Of a stretch of DNA of 64,000 bases, positions 47,154 to 57,590 are shown piece by piece. The DNA comes from an uncultured Pelagibacteraceae bacterium (GTDB taxonomy: Bacteria; Pseudomonadota; Alphaproteobacteria; Pelagibacterales; Pelagibacteraceae), in contig CACBFJ010000004.1 in NCBI GenBank assembly GCA_902538495.1, forward strand, positions 5,943-69,942. The letters are read 5' to 3'. The notes beneath the pieces are model-generated. The model was given only the letters and a program-made list of their open reading frames with translations, searched no databases and was not told the origin of the DNA. Every line of letters begins with the position of its first letter. The first letter of the stretch is position 1. The translations under genes and the position numbers were made by a program.

Positions 47154-48194
47154 ATGATTAAAGTTGGGGAGCATATTACTTTAGATATTATAGGTACTAC
47201 AAAAGAGTACGATCCTTCAGTTTATGAGAAAGTTATATATAAAATAGCTAAAGCAGCTAATGTAACTATTTTGAATATTTCAAAATATAAATTTGAACCA
47301 CAGGGCTTTACCATTTTAGCTTTGTTAGCCGAAAGTCACATCAGTTTTCATACATTTCCAGAAAAAGGAATAATTAGTTTTGATTTTTTTACCTGTGGAA
47401 AAATAAGCCCATCAGTGGCAATTGATATTATTAAGAAGGAATTTGAACACAAAAGAATTGTTAAAAAAGAGTTTAATAGAGATACCCGATCTTTATATCA
47501 TGATATTTATAGCTCACCTGGTTTACAAAAATCATATGTTGTAAATGAAGTCTTGGAGGATTTTAAATCAAAAGTGGGTCAACATATAGAAATTTTAGAA
47601 TTGGAGCAATTCGGAAAATCTTTATTCATTGATGGTGAAATACAAGTGGCGGCATCGGATGAATATTTATATAGCTCAACTTTTGTTGGAGCTGGTCTTA
47701 AGTTAAATAAAAAAAATGAAAGAGCAGCAATTATTGGTGGCGGTGATGGGGGTGTTGCAAGAGAATGTATTTCAAAAAAATTTAACTTTATAGATTGGTA
47801 TGAATTAGATCCAGAAGTTGTAGAAGTTTGTAATAAACATCTTGGTGATATTGGAAAAAAAGCTACAGAAAAAAATTCTGTAAAATGTGTTTGGGGAGAT
47901 GCCTTTAAAAGTATAAAGACACTGAACGAAGATACATATGATCATATTTTTGTTGATTTAAATGATGACCAGTTTTGTATAGATCTCGCTGCTAAAAATA
48001 TGGACTCTTTAGTAAGAATTCTCAAGCCTAAAGGCGTTATTACTGCACAAGTTGGAAGTCAGGATAAAAAACCTCTTCAAGTTGAAAATTGGTTGAATGT
48101 ATTTAATCATCATTTTGGAAATACTAATTTATCCAGAGTTTATATACCTAGTTTTGATTGTTCTTGGAATTTTTCTTCATCAATAAATCATTAA
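47154..48194 (+). CDS. S-adenosylmethionine decarboxylase / spermidine synthase fusion (SpeD-SpeE)
   Basis: N-terminal F.PQG.T...LAESH.S.HT.PE...D.FTCG; C-terminal FG..L.IDG..Q, GGGDGG, ELD..V. Confidence 0.88.
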   Translation: MIKVGEHITLDIIGTTKEYDPSVYEKVIYKIAKAANVTILNISKYKFEPQGFTILALLAESHISFHTFPEKGIISFDFFTCGKISPSVAIDIIKKEFEHKRIVKKEFNRDTRSLYHDIYSSPGLQKSYVVNEVLEDFKSKVGQHIEILELEQFGKSLFIDGEIQVAASDEYLYSSTFVGAGLKLNKKNERAAIIGGGDGGVARECISKKFNFIDWYELDPEVVEVCNKHLGDIGKKATEKNSVKCVWGDAFKSIKTLNEDTYDHIFVDLNDDQFCIDLAAKNMDSLVRILKPKGVITAQVGSQDKKPLQVENWLNVFNHHFGNTNLSRVYIPSFDCSWNFSSSINH

Positions 48195-48251
48195 TTTTTT
48201 CTTTTTAATATCCATAATCTGTGAAATAATATTTTTTTATTAAAGGAGATA

Positions 48252-49082
48252 ATGATGAATATATTTAAAAAAACTATTTTTTCAGTTTTACTTTCTCTAT
48301 TGGTAATAGGAAACGTTAATGCTGATAAAATAAGAATTGGAACAGAGGGTGCTTATCCTCCATGGAACTCAAAAAATGAAGCAGGTAAGTTAATAGGTTT
48401 CGAAGTTGAATTAGCTTACACACTATGTAGATACATTGGACAGCAATGTGTAATAGTTGAGCAAGATTGGGACGGAATGATTCCAGCTTTAATCATGAGA
48501 AAGTTTGATGCAATAATGGCAGGTATGTCAATTACTGCAGAAAGACAAAAAGCTATTAGCTTTTCACAAGGATACGCAGATGAAGTTGCATCATTAGCAG
48601 TCATGAAAGGATCTAGCCTAGAAGGTCTAGATACATCTGCTGGGATAAATCTTACTAAACCAAATGCTGCAGCTAAAAAAGATCTTAAAACACTTACTGC
48701 TGCATTAGCAGGTAAAACTGTTTGTGTACAAACTGCTACAATTCATCAAAACTTTTTAGACTCTGGTGATGTAGGAAAAGTAAATGTCAGAACTTATAAG
48801 ACACAAGATGAAGTTAACTTAGACTTAGCATCTGGAAGATGTGATGCTGCATTAGCTGCAGCAGTAGCATTTAGTGATTATGCAGAAAAATCTGGTAAGC
48901 CAGTTGTTTTAACTGGACCAACATTTTCAGGCGGTGCTTTTGGAAATGGCGTTGGGGTAGGTATTAGAAAAGATGATACTGAACTTTTAAAAAAGTTTAA
49001 CGCTGCAATTAATAAAGCAAGAAAGAACGGAGATATTAGTAGAATAGCTACTAAATGGTTCGGTTTTGACGCTTCAATGTAA
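48252..49082 (+). CDS. Polar (basic) amino acid/opine ABC substrate-binding protein
   Basis: Signal peptide, IGTEGAYPPWN, QDWDGMIPAL, MSIT.ER, KWFG. Confidence 0.9.
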   Translation: MMNIFKKTIFSVLLSLLVIGNVNADKIRIGTEGAYPPWNSKNEAGKLIGFEVELAYTLCRYIGQQCVIVEQDWDGMIPALIMRKFDAIMAGMSITAERQKAISFSQGYADEVASLAVMKGSSLEGLDTSAGINLTKPNAAAKKDLKTLTAALAGKTVCVQTATIHQNFLDSGDVGKVNVRTYKTQDEVNLDLASGRCDAALAAAVAFSDYAEKSGKPVVLTGPTFSGGAFGNGVGVGIRKDDTELLKKFNAAINKARKNGDISRIATKWFGFDASM

Positions 49083-49090
49083 TTAAATTT

Positions 49091-49126
49091 TAGGTTTGGC
49101 GACTATCATATATAGTCGCCAATCTA
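49091..49126 (+). other. Intercistronic stem-loop after the binding-protein gene
   Basis: TTGGCGACTAT-CATAT-ATAGTCGCCAA, perfect 11-bp stem. Confidence 0.75.
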
Positions 49127-49127
49127 T

Positions 49128-49820
49128 ATGGAACTTCTAGCTTTTGGAGATACCGGTTGGGGTGATGAGTTATTTCGTGCAACCTTAATGACCATAGCTG
49201 TTTCAATAACAGCAATGTTAATCGGTTTTAGTTTCGCAGCAATTTTTACTCCTTTAAAATTATCTAAATTTAAATTTCTAAATTTAATTGCTAATATTTA
49301 CACAACAGTTATCAGAGGTGTCCCTGAATTATTAGTTATTTATCTTTTCTTTTTTGGTGGGAGTGGAGCGATTATGTTTGTTGCTTCAATGTTTGGATAC
49401 AACGAATACATTGAGATTAATGCGTTTGTAACAGGCTCATTTGCTATTGGTATTATATCTGGTGCTTATTCCACTGAAGTTTTTAGAGGGGCAATTCAAT
49501 CGATTGATAAAGGTCAATTTGAGGCTGCAAAGGTTTTAGGATTTAGTAAATTTAAACAGTTTTATAAAATTGTTCTTCCTCAAATGCTAAGGTTAGCTAT
49601 ACCAAATTTAAGTAACGTTTGGCAAATTACTCTAAAAGATACATCTTTAATATCTGTAACAGGTTTAGTTGAAATAATGAGACAATCCTACATTGCTGCT
49701 GGGTCCACAAGAGACCCACTATTTTTTTATTCATTCGCTGCAGTTTTGTATTTATTAGTTACTTTTATAAGCATGAAGTTAATAAATAAATTAGAAGTTA
49801 AGTACAGTAGAGGGTATTGA
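49128..49820 (+). CDS. Polar amino acid ABC permease (HisQ/OccQ type)
   Basis: RGVPELL, GAY..EVFRGA, GQ.EAA, LKDTSL.S. Confidence 0.9.
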   Translation: MELLAFGDTGWGDELFRATLMTIAVSITAMLIGFSFAAIFTPLKLSKFKFLNLIANIYTTVIRGVPELLVIYLFFFGGSGAIMFVASMFGYNEYIEINAFVTGSFAIGIISGAYSTEVFRGAIQSIDKGQFEAAKVLGFSKFKQFYKIVLPQMLRLAIPNLSNVWQITLKDTSLISVTGLVEIMRQSYIAAGSTRDPLFFYSFAAVLYLLVTFISMKLINKLEVKYSRGY

Positions 49821-50491
49821 TGGATTTTGAGTTAATGATCAATAGTTTTCCAAAGCTATTAAATGCTGCAGTAGTAACATTGAAACTTTTATCAATTTCT
49901 TTAATTGTAGGATTATTTATTGGATTACTATTTGCAATTTTAAGATTAAATAAAAATATTTTTATAAATAAATTTGCATATGGATATTCATATGTGTTTA
50001 GGGGGACTCCATTGTTGGTACAAATATTTATTATATATTTCGGCTTAGGTCAGATAGACTCCTTAAGATCCTCTTTTTTGTGGGTAATACTTAAAGAGCC
50101 TTACTGGTGTGCAATTATTGCTTTTGCATTAAATACTGGTGCTTATACCTCTGAAATTTTAAGGTCTGCTTTTCAAACAATTAAACCAGGCATTATTGAA
50201 GCTGGAAAAAGTTTAGGTATATCTAATAAGATTATTTTTTACAAAGTTCAAATTCCTATAGCTATTAGACAATCTCTTCCCGCATATGGGAATGAAATAA
50301 TACTAATGCTTAAAGGTACCTCGTTAGCAAGCACAGTTACATTGATGGATTTAACGGGCGTAGCAAAATATATAATTTCTACTACTTTTAAACCAATTGA
50401 AGTCTTTATAGTTGCAGGCGGAATTTACTTATTTATGACTTATATAATTCATAATTTAATAAAGTTTTTGGAAAAAAAATATAGCTACTAA
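49817..50491 (+). CDS. Polar amino acid ABC permease (HisM/OccM type)
   Basis: FRGTPLLVQ, AY..EI.R, LPAY.NE.I..LK.TSLAS. Confidence 0.9.
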   Translation: MMDFELMINSFPKLLNAAVVTLKLLSISLIVGLFIGLLFAILRLNKNIFINKFAYGYSYVFRGTPLLVQIFIIYFGLGQIDSLRSSFLWVILKEPYWCAIIAFALNTGAYTSEILRSAFQTIKPGIIEAGKSLGISNKIIFYKVQIPIAIRQSLPAYGNEIILMLKGTSLASTVTLMDLTGVAKYIISTTFKPIEVFIVAGGIYLFMTYIIHNLIKFLEKKYSY

Positions 50492-50877
50492 TATTTTGTA
50501 TATTCTTTAATTTCTTTGATTTTTGAGCCAGTATGATTATTAATTTCTAATTTAATTTTTGCACGATCATCATTTAAGAAGTGAACATTTCTTGAAAGTT
50601 TAATAAATTTTTCTCCAAAATCCTTTTCTTTTTCACATAATCTTTTTTCATCTTCAATTAACCAAAGTTTTGAATTTATTTCTTTTAGTGATTGATAAAG
50701 TTTCTCAAGTTTTTCATCAGACTTTACATTTTTTTCTAATTGATCTTTTAAAACAGAATGTTCGTTGTTTATAAATTTTAGCTTTTCAGTGTCTTTAATT
50801 TTTTCTTGCTTAATCTCTAAAATTGAAACTTTGTCTAAAAGTTCCCCAATTGAAACTTCGACTATAATTTTATTCAT
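50488..50877 (-). CDS. DUF6165-like hypothetical protein
   Basis: VS.GEL.DK.SILEIK, IN..LW.IED..R, F..L.R.V...ND.R..IK..IN. Confidence 0.75.
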   Translation of the reverse strand: MNKIIVEVSIGELLDKVSILEIKQEKIKDTEKLKFINNEHSVLKDQLEKNVKSDEKLEKLYQSLKEINSKLWLIEDEKRLCEKEKDFGEKFIKLSRNVHFLNDDRAKIKLEINNHTGSKIKEIKEYTKY

Positions 50878-50909
50878 AAAATTTAATACTGTGCTATCTT
50901 GTTATAAAT

Positions 50910-51848
50910 ATGTCTAATATTTTAATTATTAAACACGGGTCATTAGGAGATATAGCTCAAGCAAGTGGTGCAATTCAAGACATATCTGAAAATCATAAAA
51001 ATGACCAAATATATATGCTGACAACAAAACCCTATTTTGAATTATTTAAGAAAAATCCTTTTGTAAATGAGGTGATCTTAGACAAAAGATTACCAAAATA
51101 TAATTTAATTTATCTATATTTTCTAATGAGAGAGCTTAAGAAGTATAATTTTTCAAGGGTGTTTGATCTTCAAAATTCATCAAGAACTTCTTTTTATAAG
51201 AGTATACTTTTTCCAAAAGCTAATAAAGATACTTGGTCTAGCACTAAAACAACTTTACCAGCAGAAATAAATAAAGAAAAATTTGATAAAGACTCAGTAT
51301 TAAATAGATTTGATTATCAGCTAAAAGAGTCTGGTTTAAATACTATTAACACACTTAAACCTAACTTTAGTTGGGCTTGTTCTGAAATTAACGAAATAAA
51401 AAATAAATATGACTTACAAAAATATATTTTATTATTTCCTTTTTGTTCACCACATCTATCAGTTAAAAAATGGCCTTATTACGATAAACTGATTGGATTG
51501 ATTAAAGATAAGTTTGGCTCAGAATATAAAGTTATAACAGCACCTGGACCTAATGAAATAGATGATGCTAGAAAATTTGATGCAATAAGTGTTCTTGATA
51601 ATGATAAAGCCTTGAATTTATCTCAGTTAACATCTCTTATCAAAGAGAGCTCCTTTATTGTTGCTAATGATACTGGTCCTGCTCATATAGCTGCTCATGT
51701 TGCAGCAAAAGGTTTAACTCTATTTGGAAAACATACAACTGCACATAAAGTTAGTATCGAAAGAGAAAATTTTAAAGCAATACAGGTAACTGATTTAAAT
51801 AATTTAAGTGCTGGTAAAGTTTTTGAAAGGTTATTAAACTTATTGTAA
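50910..51848 (+). CDS. Glycosyltransferase family 9 (heptosyltransferase-like)
   Basis: ILIIK.GSLGD, FDLQ, K.WP, NDTGPAH.AA. Confidence 0.88.
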   Translation: MSNILIIKHGSLGDIAQASGAIQDISENHKNDQIYMLTTKPYFELFKKNPFVNEVILDKRLPKYNLIYLYFLMRELKKYNFSRVFDLQNSSRTSFYKSILFPKANKDTWSSTKTTLPAEINKEKFDKDSVLNRFDYQLKESGLNTINTLKPNFSWACSEINEIKNKYDLQKYILLFPFCSPHLSVKKWPYYDKLIGLIKDKFGSEYKVITAPGPNEIDDARKFDAISVLDNDKALNLSQLTSLIKESSFIVANDTGPAHIAAHVAAKGLTLFGKHTTAHKVSIERENFKAIQVTDLNNLSAGKVFERLLNLL

Positions 51849-52922
51849 GATTTTTTTATATTCTTCTATAGTATTAGACCAATTAAATTTAGAAGAATAT
51901 TCTTTTGCATTTTTACCTAACTCTGAATATTTTTTATTCTCTAACATGGAATTTAAAGAAGAATAAATATCTTCTAGCTCATTTCCATCACAAATTAATC
52001 CTGTTGTGTCATGCTTGATAGCATCTGAGGCACCTCCATCTTTACCACCAAGAGAAGCAACACCATACTGAGCAGCTTCTACGTATGCTATTCCGAATCC
52101 TTCAACAGACTTTTTGTGAATAATTGATGGCATCACAAAGATATTTGATTTTGCTATTAAAGCATTTTTTAAATCTTCACTAATTTCTTTGAAAAACATT
52201 ACTTGAGAACTTAAATCAAGCTGTTTTACTAATTCTTTAATATTTTTTTCCTCATCCCCATAACCTATACAAATATAGACTATATCTGGATAAATTTGTT
52301 TTAAGTTTCTTAAAGCCATTAATACTTTTTCATGATTTTTCCTTTTATCAAATCTTGAGACAGTAATTAAGCGTGGCGTTTTTATTTTGAGTAAACTTTC
52401 AACTTTATCTAGAGATTTCTTATTTAGGTCTTTAGGAGGATTTACTCCAGGATTTATAACAACGATTTTTTCAGGATTTAAGCCAATATTAATAGCTAGG
52501 TTTTTAGTATATTCAGAGTTAGCAATAATTTTTTCGACATTATCAAATACTTTCACAATCCTTTTATTTTGATAACTATCTTTTGGATGATTAATTTCTT
52601 TACCGTGTATCAGACAATATTTCTTTTTATTAGATTTAATTAATTCTAAACTTTTCCAATGGTCAGCTATAATTCCTTGAACTTTATTATCTTTGAGAAA
52701 CTCATTAACTAATTGGGCTTTTCTAATTTTTCTCAAAAATTTAAGACCACCAACTCTTTCAATAGAAAAATTTACTTCTTCATCAAATTCTTTGTGATTT
52801 TCATGATAATCAGCAAAGACTTTAATCATAAAGTTTTTTGACATCTCTCGTGCAAGACCCCACATTAAACTTTGCATCCCACCAATTTCTGGTGGAAAAG
52901 ATCTTGTAGCAATTAAATACAT
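51840..52922 (-). CDS. Glycosyltransferase family 4
   Basis: FPP..GG, NSEYT, V.R...RK, EGFGI.YVEA. Confidence 0.9.
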   Translation of the reverse strand: MYLIATRSFPPEIGGMQSLMWGLAREMSKNFMIKVFADYHENHKEFDEEVNFSIERVGGLKFLRKIRKAQLVNEFLKDNKVQGIIADHWKSLELIKSNKKKYCLIHGKEINHPKDSYQNKRIVKVFDNVEKIIANSEYTKNLAINIGLNPEKIVVINPGVNPPKDLNKKSLDKVESLLKIKTPRLITVSRFDKRKNHEKVLMALRNLKQIYPDIVYICIGYGDEEKNIKELVKQLDLSSQVMFFKEISEDLKNALIAKSNIFVMPSIIHKKSVEGFGIAYVEAAQYGVASLGGKDGGASDAIKHDTTGLICDGNELEDIYSSLNSMLENKKYSELGKNAKEYSSKFNWSNTIEEYKKILQ

Positions 52923-53476
52923 TAATTAGTTTTCCACTTAATACCACAGCCAGCACTTGGGACCTGACTCTCTGGCCCTTTGCCAGTTTCGGCTATTTGT
53001 CTCATAGCTTTTAATAAGTCACTATCCCCATCTCTTACAGGAATTAAGTTTTTTAATTCTCTTAGTCTGCCTCTATATTGAAGCTCCAAGTTTTTATTAT
53101 AGCCAAAAAAGTCAGGCGTGCATACTGCATCATAAGTTTTAGCGACCTCTTGTGACTCATCACTTAAATACGGAAAACTAAATTGGTTTTTTTTGGCAAA
53201 ATCGATCATATTATCAAATGAATCCTCTGGATAATTTTCTGCATCATTTGCACATATAGCTACTGAATTAATACCTAACTCTTTTAATTTATTACAATCA
53301 TCAACAATATCTTTGGTCACTGCTTTGACGTATGGGCAGTGGTTACAAATGAACATTATTAAAGTTCCGTTTTCACCTTTAATGTCATTTAGAGAAATAA
53401 TTTTATTTTCTGTAGATTTTAACAGAAAGTCATGAGCCTTTTGGCCGAAATCACATATTGGAGTTTGTATTGGCAT
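52922..53476 (-). CDS. Thioredoxin/peroxiredoxin-like (AhpC/TSA) protein
   Basis: FICNHCPYV, YPEDS..NM, A.CTPDFF, YRGR, GC.IKW. Confidence 0.88.
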   Translation of the reverse strand: MPIQTPICDFGQKAHDFLLKSTENKIISLNDIKGENGTLIMFICNHCPYVKAVTKDIVDDCNKLKELGINSVAICANDAENYPEDSFDNMIDFAKKNQFSFPYLSDESQEVAKTYDAVCTPDFFGYNKNLELQYRGRLRELKNLIPVRDGDSDLLKAMRQIAETGKGPESQVPSAGCGIKWKTN

Positions 53477-53496
53477 AATGTAATAATATATAAATT

Positions 53497-54009
53497 ATGT
53501 TTTACGATTTAAAAGATAAAAAACCAAAAAACTCTGGCGAAAATTGGGTAGCTCCTAATGCAGTAGTCATTGGCGACGTTACTTTAGAAAAAAATACTAG
53601 CGTTTGGTTTAATGCAACTTTAAGAGGCGATATTGAAAATATTCATATAGGTGAGGGATCAAACGTTCAAGATGGATGTGTTCTACATACGGATCCAGGT
53701 TGTCCTTTAAAAGTTGGAAAAGATGTAACCGTTGGACACCTTGTTATGCTTCATGGATGTACAGTTGGAGATAATAGTTTAATAGGCATCGGTGCAGTGA
53801 TTCTAAATAATGCTAAGATCGGTAAAAATTGTATTATAGGTGCAAAAGCTTTAATCACAGAAAACAAAGTAATTCCTGATAATTCACTAGTCGTTGGTTC
53901 ACCAGGTAAGGTTGTAAGAGAAGTGACCGAAGAAGAAAAAAAAGCTGTTTGGGAAAACACTAAGCACTACCAAGACAACTGGAAAAAATATTCTAAATCA
54001 ATTTTTTGA
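53497..54009 (+). CDS. Gamma carbonic anhydrase family protein
   Basis: Hexapeptide repeats, RGD, N.QD..VLH, GH..MLHGC. Confidence 0.92.
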   Translation: MFYDLKDKKPKNSGENWVAPNAVVIGDVTLEKNTSVWFNATLRGDIENIHIGEGSNVQDGCVLHTDPGCPLKVGKDVTVGHLVMLHGCTVGDNSLIGIGAVILNNAKIGKNCIIGAKALITENKVIPDNSLVVGSPGKVVREVTEEEKKAVWENTKHYQDNWKKYSKSIF

Positions 54010-54015
54010 TAATCT

Positions 54016-54651
54016 ATGAAAAAACTTTTAGGGATTATGATCCTAAGTTTAATTTCTATTTTATCAATAAGTTGCAGTGAAAAAAAATCAGAAATTAAAA
54101 TAGAAAAAGTATTATTATTTGGTGACAGCCTAATGTCAGGTTATGGTTTACCTGAGGATGATCATTTATCTGTTGTATTAGAAAAAAAACTAAAATCTGA
54201 AGGATATGAAATTCAAATTTTTAATGGCAGTATTTCTGGAGATACATCTTCAGATGGTTTGGATAGAATTGAAGGTGAGTTATCAGATGAGAGTTACGAT
54301 TTAATAATTGTTGGTCTTGGAGCAAATGACATGTTAAGAAGAATTAACCCGGACCAAACAAAGCAAAATTTAGAGGATATAATAAAAATAATAACAAGTA
54401 ATAATATTAAAATTATACTTGCAGGCATGGTTGCCTCACCTACAAACGGATTAAGTTATAAAAAAAAATTCGATATAATTTATCCTGATTTATCAAAAAA
54501 ATTTGAATTAGAATTAATACCATTTCTTTTAAAAGGGGTAGCTCTTAATCCAAGTCTTAATCAAAATGATGGAATACATCCAAATGAAAAAGGTGTATTA
54601 ATAATATCTGAAACAATTAAAAAAAGTATTACTAATTATTCTAAGAAATAG
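54016..54651 (+). CDS. Arylesterase/acyl-CoA thioesterase (TesA-like SGNH), probable lipoprotein
   Basis: GDSL, N.SISGDT, LGAND, DGIHPN; lipobox-like ISC. Confidence 0.88.
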   Translation: MKKLLGIMILSLISILSISCSEKKSEIKIEKVLLFGDSLMSGYGLPEDDHLSVVLEKKLKSEGYEIQIFNGSISGDTSSDGLDRIEGELSDESYDLIIVGLGANDMLRRINPDQTKQNLEDIIKIITSNNIKIILAGMVASPTNGLSYKKKFDIIYPDLSKKFELELIPFLLKGVALNPSLNQNDGIHPNEKGVLIISETIKKSITNYSKK

Positions 54652-54712
54652 TTTTAAAAATTATTTTAAAATTTGAGTCGTCATTGTTTATTAAATTTGT
54701 TACCATCAAAAT

Positions 54713-56104
54713 ATGAAAAGATTTGCATTGATCTTAATATTACTCTTTTTTCAAAATAATATTGCTTTTGCATCAGATTACTCGAATAGCATGTTGAGTT
54801 TTAATCTTTGGTTAAAAAATAATGGTTATAGCTATAGAGTTGGATGTGATAACAAAAAGACGAGAAACGCACTATGTTATGATGATAATGGAAATCCACT
54901 CTGGGAAGATAAAGAAAATAATTTGAAAGTTAATGCTTACAAAGGAAGGTGGAGCGTACCTTTTAACAAAAATCCCAACAGAGATACATTAGTATATTAC
55001 AATTACAAAAATTTATTTAGTCATGAAACGGGTGATGGTAGTACTATGCAATGGAAGAAATATTTAATTCAAGCTTCCAAAGATCCTTATGAATTTAAAT
55101 TCAATAAAATAGAAAATGAATTTATAAAAAAACAATTTAAGAAACAAGCCATCCTCAGTTATCTTTATTTTCAAGATGGTCAAATTATAATAGATGAATT
55201 ATCACCGTTTGAACGATTTGGTGAATTTGTAAATAATGATACAAAACTAAGATCAAATTCAATGGGAAAAAGTTTGGCATCGTATGTATTGGGCCACGCA
55301 ATTTGTGCCGGATACATTAAGGATGTAAATCAGAGAATTAGTGATTGGCCTTTAGTAAAAGATACACTTTATCAAGATGAGAAACTAATAGATTTGTTAA
55401 ATATGAATGCTGGCGATCAAAAGTATGTTTATGACAGCGTAATTTTAGAAATGGGAGATGTAGAATACCAAACAGTAGAAGGCGAGGCGGACACTAATAC
55501 TATTGCTTTTTACATGGGTAATTATTTTAAAAATAAAAAAAAATCTGATCGCAAATATAATTACAATGTAATTAATACACACTTAATATTTAATTATGCA
55601 ATGTTTAAATCAGGAGATAATTGGCAAAAACTTTTAAATAATATTTTTCAGGTTAAAGCTAAAGTAAAAAATAGTGTATATTTTTTTAAGGTTCCTAATA
55701 AATTTGCTGAAAATGGTGACGCTCAAAGTATGTTTTATGCAACGAGATATGATTATTTACGAGTAGCTAAGGCAATTATGGATGATTGGCAAAATGATAC
55801 ATGTGTCGGAAAATATTTAAAAACTATTTACGATAATAGAATTGAAAAAAAATTAACCAATCCAAAGAGAAGTTTATTTCGTGTTGAGGAAGCTACATAT
55901 AGTTATGGTGGTCAATTTCATTTAGATATTAAAGGAATGAAAGATAGAAAAATTCTTGGTATGGGAGGACATGGAGGTCAGCAAATTTTGATTGATGTGG
56001 AAAATTCAAGGATTGTAGTTTTAAATACAATTCACGTTAACAGAAAAAAATATAACTATAACTGGAAAAAAATGGTTTATGAGATCATTAAAGATGGTGT
56101 TTAG
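54713..56104 (+). CDS. Secreted serine hydrolase, beta-lactamase/PBP-like
   Basis: Signal peptide, SMGK (SxxK), DLL.M.AG, YNY, G.GGQ. Confidence 0.75.
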   Translation: MKRFALILILLFFQNNIAFASDYSNSMLSFNLWLKNNGYSYRVGCDNKKTRNALCYDDNGNPLWEDKENNLKVNAYKGRWSVPFNKNPNRDTLVYYNYKNLFSHETGDGSTMQWKKYLIQASKDPYEFKFNKIENEFIKKQFKKQAILSYLYFQDGQIIIDELSPFERFGEFVNNDTKLRSNSMGKSLASYVLGHAICAGYIKDVNQRISDWPLVKDTLYQDEKLIDLLNMNAGDQKYVYDSVILEMGDVEYQTVEGEADTNTIAFYMGNYFKNKKKSDRKYNYNVINTHLIFNYAMFKSGDNWQKLLNNIFQVKAKVKNSVYFFKVPNKFAENGDAQSMFYATRYDYLRVAKAIMDDWQNDTCVGKYLKTIYDNRIEKKLTNPKRSLFRVEEATYSYGGQFHLDIKGMKDRKILGMGGHGGQQILIDVENSRIVVLNTIHVNRKKYNYNWKKMVYEIIKDGV

Positions 56105-56109
56105 ATTTA

Positions 56110-56709
56110 TTAAGGAACTAACCAATAATTCTTATTAGTTTCTAAATCAAATTTTGCTCTTCGATGTCCTTTTGCTGCAAGATAAAGCCATTCAATAGAT
56201 TTAATTTTACATTTAATTACAGTGAAATTTTTATAACCTTCTTCACTTTGTTCCATTGTGTAATCAAAATCTTCTAATTTAGATATCATTCCAGAAGTTG
56301 GATTTTCCGATGTAGTTCCTGGAGGGCTATCGGTCAAATAACATCTTCTACTTATATGCTGAGTTTTTTTCCAAGATTCATTTGTTGTAGAATTTTGATT
56401 ATTAACTTCACATTCTACTTTTATTCTTAATTGTATCTTTTCTTCTTTATCATAGAATACTAGTGAAGCTTTATTATTTTTTTTTAGAATATCGACTTTA
56501 GGAGATCTTAAGTCTGTATGAAATTGTAATAGATTGCTTGCTCTATCTGATTTACGTAAAACAACAATTCTACCATCTACTTCATCTTGGTGAGCACAAA
56601 TAAAAACTGGAATTCTAAATGGCGAAGCTCTATTAGTCACTGCATCATCTAACATTGACCAGTACTTATTTTGAATTTCAGCTAAATCTTCATAGTATGC
56701 TGGTTGCAT
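56110..56709 (-). CDS. Pyridoxamine 5'-phosphate oxidase family FMN-binding protein
   Basis: R.VVLR, FHTD.RS.K, Q.RI, L.L...GH.RA, W..P. Confidence 0.82.
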   Translation of the reverse strand: MQPAYYEDLAEIQNKYWSMLDDAVTNRASPFRIPVFICAHQDEVDGRIVVLRKSDRASNLLQFHTDLRSPKVDILKKNNKASLVFYDKEEKIQLRIKVECEVNNQNSTTNESWKKTQHISRRCYLTDSPPGTTSENPTSGMISKLEDFDYTMEQSEEGYKNFTVIKCKIKSIEWLYLAAKGHRRAKFDLETNKNYWLVP

Positions 56710-56712
56710 ACA

Positions 56713-57582
56713 TTACTTTCTAAATCTTTTAATTAAACTTGATGTATCCCAACGATTACCCCCCATGCCTTGAACTTCTCCATAGTACTTATCAACAAGT
56801 TCAGTAACAGGTAATAATGATCCATTGTTTTTTGCTTCATCCATTGCAATCTTTAAATCTTTCCTCATCCAATCGACTGCAAAACCAAAATCAAACTTAT
56901 CATCAATCATTGTCTTGTATCTATTTTCCATTTGCCATGATTGAGCTGCACCTTTTGAAATAACTTCAATTACATCTTCCATATTCAGTCCAGCTTTCAT
57001 ACCAAAGTTAATTGCTTCAGATAAACCCTGAACTAAACCAGCAATACAAATTTGATTAACCATTTTGGCAAGTTGGCCATTGCCAGCACTACCCAGTAGC
57101 TTCATCTTTTTACTGTAACAATCTATTTTATCTTTTGCTTTATCAAAATCAGCTTGATCACCACCAATCATTACGGTTAGTGCGCCATTCTCTGCACCGG
57201 CTTGTCCTCCAGATACAGGTGCATCTAATGCGCCAAAATTATTTTTTTTTGCGTAATCATAAATCTCTCTTGCAATAGTTGCAGATGCAGTAGTATTATC
57301 AATGTAAACTGCTCCTTTTTTAATTGTTTTGAAAGCACCGTTGTCACCAAAAGTTACTTCTCTTAAATCATTATCATTTCCAACGCAGGTAAAAATATAT
57401 TCTGCATCTTTAGCTGCTTCAGCTGGAGTTTCTGCTATTTTACCTTTGTATTCACTAATCCATTTTTCTGCTTTTGATTTTGTTCGATTAAAAACAGTTA
57501 CATTGTGTCCACCTTTTGATATATAACCAGCCATTGGATACCCCATGACACCAAGACCTATGAAAGCAACATTACAACTCAT
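56713..57582 (-). CDS. NAD(P)-dependent beta-hydroxyacid dehydrogenase (3-hydroxyisobutyrate dehydrogenase family)
   Basis: FIGLG.MG.PMA, DAPVSGG, KMVNQ. Confidence 0.9.
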   Translation of the reverse strand: MSCNVAFIGLGVMGYPMAGYISKGGHNVTVFNRTKSKAEKWISEYKGKIAETPAEAAKDAEYIFTCVGNDNDLREVTFGDNGAFKTIKKGAVYIDNTTASATIAREIYDYAKKNNFGALDAPVSGGQAGAENGALTVMIGGDQADFDKAKDKIDCYSKKMKLLGSAGNGQLAKMVNQICIAGLVQGLSEAINFGMKAGLNMEDVIEVISKGAAQSWQMENRYKTMIDDKFDFGFAVDWMRKDLKIAMDEAKNNGSLLPVTELVDKYYGEVQGMGGNRWDTSSLIKRFRK

Positions 57583-57590
57583 AATTTTTT

